A stretch of 64,000 bases of DNA from Podarcis bocagei (Eukaryota), in NCBI GenBank assembly GCA_964188305.1, contig OZ076892.1; one strand, written 5' to 3'. The translations under genes were made by a program, and so were the position numbers. Positions 40,874-52,100 of the stretch are shown in pieces. The notes below the pieces were generated by a model, which was not told where the DNA came from, did not search any database, and saw nothing but the letters and a program-made list of their open reading frames with translations. Positions within the stretch are counted from its first letter, which is position 1. Every line of letters begins with the position of its first letter.

Positions 40874-40906
<33 letters not shown>

Positions 40907-43706
40907 TTCATGACCCCAATGGCTGGTCCTGATGGAGTTGTGCCAATGCCAATGCCCATGCCCATGCCGTCTCCAGCTCCCCCTTTTGCATACCCACCTC
41001 AAAAGGGACCAGTAAGTCCTATGTCTTGCTTGAAACAGGAGGGGAGTCTGTAAAGTTGGGATTGGGGGTGGTAGTGGGTGGGGGGGGGGAAAGGATAGCA
41101 GTCTACTGTGGTGAGTTAGCATCTGAGCACACCTCACTACCTGCTGTGTGAACAAGGTTTTCCAGCTGTTCTGGCAGGTATTGCCTATCTGATTCTGCCA
41201 TTAGGAAGGGGTGCTGGTCTGACTTAACAATTTCTCCCTTTAGGAGCACTTCAACGGGCTACCGGTGGGCACCTACCAGCCTTTCACCAGCCTTCACCCA
41301 CCTCAGATTCCAGCAACACCTCCAACATACGAGTCTGTAAGTACTGCTGATGAAAAACAAAAGCTGAATTGCTGGGAGGACAAGTCCTCTCTGCTGGGAC
41401 TGTTGCCGTCCCTAGTCTAGTGCTGGGTATTGGCAGGCCTTCCCACTTGGACTGACTGAGGAGTTGCCATCCACTGGATTTGGGCTTGCAGCAAACTTCA
41501 TGCACTTTTGATATGATTTTGATTTATTGCATTTCTATGTTGCTTTTCATCTCAAAGCAGCTTACAAACAATAAATAGCCATAACATAATAAAACATACT
41601 AGCATGTCGCAAATACAGCATACATCATATAAAATAATTAACAAATTATCAATAAAACATCAATAAAACCGTGGCAATCTATAAAAAACTTAACAGAACA
41701 GCAACTAAAAAATAAGCTAAACCTCACAATTACAGCAAGTCATGTGATTAACAAATCAATTCGGCATTTAGAATCTATAAAACAATATTAAAAACATTAA
41801 CAAAATAGCAATTAAAAATATAAACTAAGCACTAAGTTCATTCACACAGTCTCTGTACCCTCATGACTCATAATCTTTCACTCTGTTCAGTTCATTATAA
41901 TACACATAAATGCACATAATGTCAGATGTTGCACTGGCTGGGGTCCTCGAGTAGTGGGCCATGGTGGAGATGATGGGGCTCTTAGGCCTACCGCCAGTGG
42001 TAAGGTGGATGTTGACTGCCTAGGCATTGTTGAGGAGAAACTTGCCCAGGTCACTTTCAATAATCAGGAGTCCCATTCCCACTTGAGGAAGTCCAAGACA
42101 AGCCTGTCCCTCTGGAGCAGCGAGTGGCAATTGCACTTGGTTTAGAGCAGTGTTTCCCAACCTTGGGCCTCCAGCTGTTTTTGGACTACAACTCCCATCA
42201 TCCCTAGCTAGCAAGACCAGTGGTCAGGGATGATGGGAATTGTAGTTCAGAAACAGCTGGAGGCCCAAGGTTGGGAAACACTGGTTTAGAGGACGACCAG
42301 GAGGTCCAGCAGTGGCCCTGTAGCCTGTCCACCAGGAGCTGCTCCAGCTTCTTCAGCCGCACCTTGGTTGACATTGTGGTGGTGGAGGAGGCAGCCGCTG
42401 AGGGGATCGAGCAGGGCAGCTACTTGAGTCTACCAGGCAGGAGGGAGGGGCTGTGATAAAGATACCAAGGGAGCTTAGCATGATCTCAGCAGCCTGGATG
42501 AGCTTGCAGGCAGTGACTCAGAGGTTACCTTGGTCTCAGAGACCAGGCTGCTGCCCATGGAAAGCATGAGCGGAGGACATTGACCAGCAGGGGTAGAGGA
42601 TGAGATGTGGGGGTGGGCTGAGCAGCTAGAGAGTATGGAAATGGGGATGTGTCCACCTTCATGCCCTTTCGCTTGTTCAGCTACTGCTCTCCAGACTTCT
42701 GTGGTTGCTGGTGGTGGTGCTTCATGTCAGGTTGGTGAGACCGCCAGCGATGGTGAAGAGCTACTGCACCGTCAGGCCGTCCTTGGGGGACATAGCCAGG
42801 GCCGCTTGCTAGTCAGGTAGTCAGCCATGCTGAGCAGCTCTCCCTCACCTATGGCACCACCAGGCCAGGCTCACCACCACTGCTTCCTCCTCCAGATCCC
42901 TCATTTCCTCCTTCCTTCTGCTGTCTGGTCAGGCTGCATGAAGAAGATGGGAACACCAGATATGGTGCTTCTTCTGTGCAACTCTAGGGAGTTGTCAGGT
43001 GGTGGTTCTGTGTGGGGTGCTCCATGCAAAGCCAGCTTTTTTCTGTTTCAGATTGATGACATGGGTGCTGACAAGGAATTGCCATCCCCACAGGTGACCG
43101 GTGAGTGCAGGGCCGGAGGGGGAGGCTGTGGAGCTGGCAAGGCAGTGAGGAGGGAGGGAGGTGGTGATGTCAGGGGAAAGCTGGTGCTTGTGTTTATTGT
43201 TGGTCCCCTTCACTCTTGTGTTCGCTCTTGAGTTGCTGAGGTAAGCATGTGCCCATGTGTGTCTGTGTTGGGGCAGAGACTGGGACTCTTCATGGCAGAG
43301 AGCTTGGGCCCCTTTAGCAACTGGTAGGAGCTGCAAGGCTCAACTGAAGTGCAGCAAGTGCTCACTTCTGCAGGACATATACTAACTGTAGTACAGCAAA
43401 AAGAAGAATGGTCCTACCCCTGCCCCTACTACTGTTAGGTAGACTACTGTTTTCGCTGCCTTGAGCCTGCCCACTGCTTGTAACCAGTCACTCTTGTCTG
43501 CTGCAGGACCAGCCCCAAAGCCACAGCCGAGGGGGAGGCCACCAGCTGCAGTTCCTAGTTCGGGCGATAATTTTGTGCTGCCAGAGTTGCCATCTGTGCC
43601 AGACACGCTGCCTGCCGCTTCTGCTGGTGCCAACACTTCCGCCTCAGAAGACATTGACTTCGATGACCTCTCTCGAAGGTTTGAGGAACTGAAGAAGAAA
43701 ACTTAA
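38140..43706 (+). CDS. IST1: IST1 factor associated with ESCRT-III, 370 aa
   Basis: Starts MLGSGFKAERLRVNLRLVINRLKLLEKKK. Exons 38140-38227, 39399-39579, 39721-39808, 40078-40161, 40594-40704, 40793-41011, 41244-41336, 43052-43100, 43507-43706 total 1113 nt. Contains the ELYC motif, MPMPMP repeat, MIM2 VLPELPSVP and MIM1 DFDDLSRRFEELKKKT. AATAAA at 44547-44552. Confidence 0.98.
38365..38440 (+). mobile_element. Second Penelope-like fragment
   Basis: GTATCCGAAGAAGTGTGCATGCACACGGAAGCTTATAC..GTTGGTCTCTAGGGTGCTAC, homologous to the element at 37600. Confidence 0.7.
38789..39266. mobile_element. Tc1/Mariner-superfamily (Tc2/pogo-like) MITE
   Basis: TIR CCGTATTTTTCGCCCTATAGGA / TCCTATAGGGCGAAAGATACGG with TA TSD. 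CpG-rich, with an internal ~70-bp direct repeat at about 38942 and 39051. Confidence 0.88.
42078..42374 (-). pseudogene. CDC42BPB: Decayed copy of CDC42BPB (MRCK-beta) first coding exon, inside an IST1 intron
   Basis: Minus strand reads [16 protein letters not shown].. then, after a frameshift and with the MITE removed, LLDLLVVL*TKCNCHSLLQRDRLVLDFLKW. This resembles MRCK-beta [45 protein letters not shown]. It has a stop, a frameshift and a transposon insertion. Confidence 0.85.
42148..42283. mobile_element. hAT-type MITE (136 bp)
   Basis: Long TIRs CAGTGTTTCCCAACCTTGGGCCTCCAGCTGTTT and a perfect 8-bp TSD GTTTAGAG (42140-42147 / 42284-42291). Confidence 0.93.
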
Positions 43707-45998
43707 AAAGAGCCCCTGAACAGGGGGCCGATGGGCCTGATTGCTGCCTCCTCCTTCCCTCTTAGCACGGCCAAGTGCTCGTTCCTCTTCCTCCGCTTGG
43801 CCTTTCTTCCTTCTGTACTTACACCAAATGCCACTGCTTTTCTGACATTCTGCTCCAGGAGTGGGGGACTGCACAGCCTCTTTGAGATGGGAGCAGGAAC
43901 AATCCCTCCGAATGCATTGCTCTGCAGTCTGCAGCCGGGCATTAGAGGGGAAAGGGAGTGATGTAGGTGGCCTCTCATTTGGACAGACAGTGGTGTAGGG
44001 ACACCAACCTGAAGATTCTGGGCAACGTAGTTGGACAGAAGCGCGCCCCCCCCTCCAGGCATGTGCTGTGGAAGGGGAGCTGCTCTGGGCCCCTGATAGC
44101 TTTGTTTTGCCTGCCGCGTTCTCAGGGAGCCCTCCGGGGCCATTATGACTTTCCTTTGGGGAGGGATGCTGTGGGGCACAGGAGTTGACCAGTCTACACT
44201 CCTTGTGGCTCAGTGATCCTCCTGCCTCTGAGCAGCAGGCACATTTTCCTAGCTTTGAGTGAGCCCAGTTCTGCCTTAACGTGGCTCTGCATCAGGCTGG
44301 GTTCAGGGCCATTGCTTGACATGTGCCATCACTCCTGGTTCTCTAGCCTCTTCCCTTGCCTATAGGGCAAAGCCATGGGTGGTGGTGGTGACAGCAGCAG
44401 CAACACATCCAGCAACTTCTGCTGCTCTTACAGACCAGCTGCAGTGCCAGCAGCCAACCTCAGCTCTCCCATGTAACACTCTGTATGTAACTCTTTCATG
44501 TGGCTTTTCTGGGACAATTTGATTGGTTTGTATCTTCTCTATTCTAAATAAAGTTGAGGAATAGCCTTGACTGGATCTGTCTCAAGTGAAACATAATATT
44601 TCCTGGCTTCTGGCAGTGGTGGAGGGGAAGCAAAGGAGGCATGGTATGTTTACAACATGGAGGGGCAGCTGCCACCAGTTCTTATCATGGCCGTTCCTTC
44701 AGACTGACAGTCACACTTCCAGTCAAACAAGGAGTACTATTTATTGAGGGAAGGGGAAATATTGGCAAAAAGGAGCATGCAAATGTGTTGCCTTTACTTT
44801 GGCTTCGCAATTATATTTTGGAACAAGTCCTATCAGTTTGGATCGCACACCTGAGGATCTGCAGTGCAGCCCACAACCACCGCCCAAAGGAAAATTTATG
44901 AGGCTCCCTTTAGACTTGCTTCCCACAATACATTGTGGTTGGTGGCAGCAGGGGCAGCTTCAGAAGAGCGGGCCACCTGTCCTGCAGGGCACGGGGAAGT
45001 GCCTGGGTGCTGAAGCAGCTGTCATTCTCTGCAGTGATGTGATAGAACTGTCAAGCTATCATTCTTGAGAAATTAGCCCTTGTAGGATTTATGCTGACCT
45101 TTACAGGTTGGAGCAGGGGGATGAGTGCTTTCTGCTTGGGCCAGGCTGAATGGTGCCCTCTGGATTAAGGTAAGGGCTGCTTAAGGATCCTTGCATCTTG
45201 GAGGTTGGCTGCCTTTAAGGAAAGGCAGGATTGGATTCCCTTCATGGATTTGATCTCTCCCATTGGGCAAACTGAGCTCTCTGGGTGGGGAGGGGCAATA
45301 GTCACCCTTCTTCCCCACCCACCCTTCTATCTCCTCCCTCTGGTTCACCTTGAAACAGTGTATCCTTTGTGCATCTCAACAGACCCACCTTTGTCATATG
45401 AGTTCTTCAAATCTGTGGCTGGGTAGAGGAGTATAATCTACAATTCCCTGTTTGTCTCCTCAGGGGTTAAGCCCTGCAATAGGTAAAGAGTTCCTCAGCG
45501 ACATGAAAAATAAATTGATTTGTAAGGCTTAATTGATGTGCACCACTGAGTATTTGGGACTGGCAGCCCTCCTTTGCTCTGCCTCTTTGGGCAGAGAAGA
45601 AACTGGCTCCTGCTGTTTAAGGACTTGACCGGCCTTTGGGCTGGAAGCCAGTAAGATCGGCTTTGCTCTTCAACCTGCAGGGCTGCAGCAGGGGATTTCT
45701 GGGCAGTCAGATTTGTTCTGCCTTGGTTAGTCCCAACAACTCAAAGGCGTGTCAAGGATAAAGGAAGTAGGATGTAGCATGAGGTAATGTTGAGTCAAGA
45801 TCACATGGTAAATTAGCTGAAGAGCGGGAGGGGCAGCTTAAAAGTGGGAGAAAAGCCCTATAGATTTTCTTGCCAGCCCAGCTGACCTCTGATATTCTTA
45901 AAGATAGCATGTACATTAGTGATACTTGGAAAATGGTGACCCTTCCCATTTTAGAATAGAAAAGAGCTGTCCAAATGGGGAGGTGGGATGATGCCACT

Positions 45999-46129
45999 TC
46001 AGTCCTGTGGCTCCTTTCGGGAAGCTGCTGGGATGCGCAGCTGTTTCTTGATTCCAAACAAGGTGGAAATCTTCAGTTGAATCAGCTGCAACATGGATTC
46101 CTCCTTGCTGGCCTGTTGTGATGAACCGG

Positions 46130-46161
<32 letters not shown>

Positions 46162-49100
46162 TTATATGTGAACTGGGATCCTGAGGGGTGGCTGCGGCAC
46201 AAGCAGCTTCTCATGAAGGCTTAATTGCTTGAAGCTTGGCTGGTGGCTGGTCATGAGCAGCACCAGCCGCTTGGGCTTACACCTACCTTGGCAGCCTTCA
46301 TCTCCCGACTGAAGGTCGTCAAAAGGGCAGAGACAAACAGGTTGATGATCACAAACACCATGGAGATGACGCTGGTCACAATCAGCACAGCGCCAAACAC
46401 GGGGTCCACAGCAATGACCTAAGCATGAAGAGCACAGTTATGTCCCCTGTGTCTACATATGCACATAGCAGAGAGCTGTTGGCCGTGCTGTGCTTTGCAG
46501 GGCACAGGGAAGCATGTCATTCTAGACCCAGAAAGCTGAAATCCATGCAGGTCTCTCTGGGTGCTGAGCTGGGAGCTGAATGGGGCTGGGGGTCTGTTGC
46601 GATCTGTGGTGTCCTGGAAGGGCAGCCTGGCAGTGTGCCTCGGCCTAAAGTGGGGCTGCATGGCACTCACCTCTTCATAATTAAAGATTCCAATGAGAAG
46701 CCCTACGATGGTCACAGCTGAGTTAAAGAAGGTCTTGTAGTCATCTACGCTCCATCCAAACATGAGGTTGCACTGATGGCAAGAAAGTGAAGGTGATGTA
46801 GGGGGAGGGGTATAAGGACACAGGAAGGGGGGGCTCTTCCCTCCGCCCTTGGTTGGTTTCCCTGCAGTTGGCAGGTCTCTTCTTACCACAATGGCGTAAC
46901 CCACAAGTAGCACCAGAAGTGTGAGCAGGAAGCCCAGGACCTCATCCCAGGCTTTCTGCAGTGTCTGTGTGATGAGGTGCATTCTGGGATTTAGGCGCAG
47001 GAGGTTCCACAGCTTGATGGTTGTCAAGGCCACCAGAAAAGCAATGAGGTATGTCAGAGCAGAGTCAACTTCCACCATCTCATAGAAGCTGATGAACCTG
47101 GCAGGGGTGTGGAGGGAGATTTGCTTTAGCGTGTGTGAAAGCCGCCTCTGCTGAGTGGGGGCCTGCCCCTGCCCCTTGTTTCGGATGGTAGACACTCACT
47201 TGTTGCGGTCTTGGCGATGCTGCTTCAGGATGCCTTCTGCCAGCACGCGCCTCTTCACATAAAGGCCAATAGCTGCCACACTTATGAGGATGGTGCTGGC
47301 ATCCAGAAGGTTTCTCTTGCTGCTGAAGTACTTCCACTTCTGCTGCTTCACCTGCCGGCCCTGCTGGCCCCATGGAAGAAGCAGGCTTGACTCAGGCAGC
47401 CACATGTTGGGGGGGGGGGAATGCAAGTGGAAGGAGCAGTGGTGGTGTGATGCTCTTTCTCTGGCAATACAGCAACCTCCACAAACCACCACCCTCTAAA
47501 ACAGCCTTTCTCATCCTTGGGTCCCCAGATGCTTTTGGCCTACAACTCCCATCGTTCCTAGCTAGCAAGGCCAGAGCTCAGGGATGATGGGAGTTATAGT
47601 CCAACAACATCTGGGGACCCAAGGTTGACACTGCCCTAAAACAAGGGTGGGATGACACTCCTGCGGCACTCCAGGTGTTGCTGGAATCCAAATGCCCAAC
47701 TGCTCTAGGCAGCCAATGGCAATGGTCAGGAATGATGGGAGCCTAGCAGCACCCAGAGGGCCCACCGCAGGTTCTACATCTCTGCTCCCCTGAGCTGGTA
47801 CTGGCTGATACCTCCCACTAACCCTAGGCACCTTGAGAGTGCTGTCTAAAGCTGATGGAAGTTGTAGTCCAGCAATATCCAGAGGGTGCTAGGCTAAGGA
47901 AACTAAGCTGCCTCACAGAGGCCCTGCTCACCTGCACAAAGATGTAATATAGTATGAGCAGGAGAAAGGTGATCTGGGCACAGATAAATTGGAGGACGAG
48001 CTGAAGGTCTGGATAGAGGCGCAGAATTTGCAGCTCCGATTTGCTGAACAAGGCCCCTGCCACAGAAACAGGCACAGGGTCAAGTATGGAGGCTGCAAGC
48101 AAGGCTGGCTTCCAGGGAGAGGGAACACCTTTTCTCCTCCTCCTCCCTCCCCAACAGCCCCAGGACAGCCATCCTGCCTCTGAGGCCCATTGCAGGGCTA
48201 GGCCCCCTTTGTCTCTACTACACGCTCTTGCCTATCCCATTGGCCTCCAAGACCAGCGTGACTGCGCAGAAGAGGTTGACATTTGCATTGTAGACAACAA
48301 ACTCAATGAAGACGACTCGTGTGCTTTTGTCCAGCCAGTTGTTCCGTTCCAGATAGCGAAGGGTTCTGGTGGGAATGGTGCAGAAAAAAGTTATATTGTG
48401 TATCCACCTTGCAGTGGGAGAGAATTCTAAGGGCTGTACCTAAATCTACTGGCAGCAGGGGAAGAGAAACACAACTCTAGTTTACTATTGCATGCCCTGC
48501 CCAGTTGATCAGTTCTCCCCCAAGTACCACCTGCCAGACTTCAGCTAGCAGTGCCATATTCACTACTGTTAGCCAGGACTGTGGGTCTTTAGCTTTCACC
48601 TACCCTCTCCCACAGCTTCACCAGATCAGGAGATAGTGGGCAGAGACTGAGATACACCTGCCCAGAAAGAGCCCCTGGAGCTTTCAGTACCTGATGCCTG
48701 TTCTGCAGCTCCCTCAGTCCACATACCTCCAGGCGTAGCTTTTGTTTCTGCCAAGGTTTGCCAGGTAGCCGCTTCCCGGATAGAGAGCAAACTTCCCCCA
48801 GATGGGGTACTCTTGCAGGGTGCTCTCATTCTGGAAGACCCAGGCACTCGCCTGACCTCTCCCTTCAGCAGGAGGCCCCCAGCTGGCCGTGGGACCCTGC
48901 TTTCCCTCTTGGAGTGGGAGAAAAGCTGGCCCTGGCTTTGGTGGGGCTCCTGTGGCTCGGATCTGCCGTAGCCGCACGCTGCCCACAAGGAAAGAGTTTC
49001 CATCCATGGCCAAACCTGGAAGATTGAGAGAGGGGAGAAATGTGCTGCTTAGAAGCAAAACACACAGACACACACCTGTTTGTACAGATGTGAAAAGCTG

Positions 49101-52100
49101 GGCAAATTTCAGGTTTCAGCTTTGGCAACACTGAAAAAGCCTAAAGAGGCCATGTTTTTTATATTTTATACAGCGTGTGCTGCTGGGGCCACTGCCCGGC
49201 ACACCTTCCCTCACTTGAGGCTGCTGCCTTGAGCCTTCCCCACAATCCCTCCCATTGCAGCGAGTGAGCAGCAAAAAGAGACTTCCAGGCAGCGGCCCTG
49301 AGCAAGGGAAGGCACACTGTTTCAATTTATTCAGTCATTCGTTTTGTGGTGACCCGCATAAAAGCAGTCACACACAAGTAGAATGCCCATAAGCAGAGGG
49401 CTGCCTGTATACAGAAAGATGTCTCTTTTATCTCTGCTCCTTGTGCTGCTCACCTTCAGAATCGCCATGGAGGCCAGGCAGCAGAATCACCCTGATCCAC
49501 CTGTACAACTCCTCTGGAGTAAGGATGTCTTCCAGGTGGGATGTGAAGCTCTTCTGGAGGGCGTTGTTAAAGTAGAACTCATTGGGGCTTCTCTCAGTAT
49601 AGCTGAGGACCATCAGCACAGCCAGGAACACAAGCTGCACTGGGTGTCAGAAAAGGAAAGTGGATTAAAACAGTTTGTCCTGTTGGATTTTGCATCCCTA
49701 CAGCCAGAAGACGTGGGGGGAACAACCTCACAGGCCAAATTATAACCCCTTCCAGGTCTAAGCAACCTGCCCGCTGCAGGTATGACCGGGCGTAGCTAGC
49801 TGCTCCGGCACCTGGAGCGGCGGGAGCAGGGGGGCGGCAGCGTAGTGATCTGTCCATCGAGTCCGCCTGGTGGACGCAAGCCCCACGCTGCCATTTCAGG
49901 CAGCACAGGGCCCCAAGCCACCGCCTCACTCCCAGGAGAGACACATGGCTTGGGCATGCTGCAGGCCAGGCCCCACGGTAAGTGCCACCCTCCCGCGTGC
50001 GCCATTTTGTCACCCCTTCAGAGATGACACATGGGGCGGACCGCACCCCCCTCTCTATGCCCCTTGGTATGATGTTCCCTGCTGGTGGTTTAAAGGTTGC
50101 AAATTACATCTGAAGATTTGTCCTGAGCAGATTCTGCACCCAGAGTTATGTATACATTGTGGTTTATAGCAGTGGTTCCCAATTAGCTAATTACAGTACT
50201 GAGGACCCCCTATTTTTCAAAAGCCAAGCCATGGACCCCCTACTTTTGAAAATTTTGATAACTCTATGGTAGTTACCTGTGCAAAGCAATTTTTTGATGA
50301 AAATGTAAGGTAAGCCCAATGTTCTGACATGGTATGTGGCAGTTTCTTCCTGTGTTCCTAGAGGCGACTGCCGCTCCCACCATTCTGACCTTGGCCTCAG
50401 TATCATTCTCTGTCTTGCTTGCTTCCTTAACCACTGATGCTTAGGAGTGTGAATGCTGAGCATATTTCACCCCTGCTTGGTGTGGGGAGGGAGCAGGAAG
50501 TGTTGCACAACCCATCCACGCCCTTACTGGCCTTCGTGCCTGGTCTCACCTGCAATCTCTCTGATCAAGGAGTACAACTTCTTGTCTTTCAAGGCTCGTT
50601 CCTTTGGCCGCACCATTGGCTGGAGGGCAGGGGGTCTGTAAGCTGGGTCTGCCCAGTCTCTCTGCCCATAAGCTTCCAGTTGTAGGCCCCTTGCTAGAGG
50701 GAGAGGAAAGCTGGAATCAGTCCCAAGCAAGAGGAAAAAGGCCCTCTTTGGTCAGAGGCCACTCAGGCAGATGCCCTATCAAGCACTGCAGATGGAGGCG
50801 CAGGGAGGGGGGTTTGGAGAGCTTGAATTACCTTTGACAAGGCCCAGGGACCACCAGAGCTGCTGCTCCTCCCCCTTGTCCTTCCACAACTCCCTCTTGT
50901 GCAGCAGTGAGAAGAGGAAGGTCAGAGCCAACACCTGGGAAGGAGAGAGAACAGGGTTGCCATTGGGGAGCCCCACAGGGCAGGTGTCTGGGGCCCCTCT
51001 TAGCAGAATATGCAGGAGGGGCCCCACCACAAATGGAATGGTTAGTAACATTATACCCATTACCAGTGCGGATTGGGGGAGAGATGGACAAGCATTAAAC
51101 CCAGAGTCTGGACTTATGTGGGGTCTGAGGATCCTTGCAGAGCTCTGACCCTGCAGTGTTGCTGCAGAATCACAGAACACCAAAGACATTTGTAGAGGCA
51201 GGGAGAAGAGGGGAGATTCTGGGTCTGGCAAGGGTGTGGGGAGAGGTTAGCTGCACTCCAGATAAGACCAGGTTACCTTCAGGGGCTGCATTACAAAGAT
51301 GTTCTGTAGCACAGAGAGCAGGATGTTGACGGCCCAGTGCCCAGCCTCGTCCCTGCTCATTTCTAGGCTGTAGAGCACTGTGAAGAAGGCCGAAACCAGG
51401 CTGATGCTCCCCACTGTGAGCCAGCAGGCAAAGCTGAATCTCCCGGGGAGACAGCGGGAGAATGGCGGCCTCTCCTTGTCAGGGTCTTCAAGTGGGAAAC
51501 TGCTGAGCTCGCTCCTGGGCCCGGTGGGCCTGAGACACAGAGACAGGAGAATAAATGGCACCTCAGCCTTTGGGAACACCAGTGGAGGGAGGGAACTGTG
51601 CAGTGGGGAGGGGAAATGTCCCACAGACCAAGCAGAAAAAGCAATAGGCAGTTAAGAAAAAAACCATTATTGGGTGGGCTGGGAAAACTGGCTGGCTTTT
51701 GGTCTGAGTGTGACACGGGACCAGACACAGAGTCCTCTGAAGATGAACCAGATACCCTATAGATCCAGGGGCCCTCCAGGTTAGTACCTGATGAAAAACT
51801 CCTGGAACTGTCAGAACAGGGGTGGAACAGCTCCCCCTGCCAGTCTCTGGAATCAGAGGCAGCAGTCTGCTTGTGAGGAAGCAGTCAGTGGCTGTGGATG
51901 AGTGTAGTTTAGGAGACAAGAGTACCATATAAAGCCTCCCTAGTGAGCCTTCTAGTTGCAGGAAATAATACAGGTCTCTGGTGCCTTATTTCCTGATTCT
52001 CATCGCCCTGCCTTGCTGCATTGTACCTTGCCTGAACTCGACTGCGGTGGTGACCTTGGACTGTTGCTTCACTCTGTTTCTGGGTAACATATGAACACTC

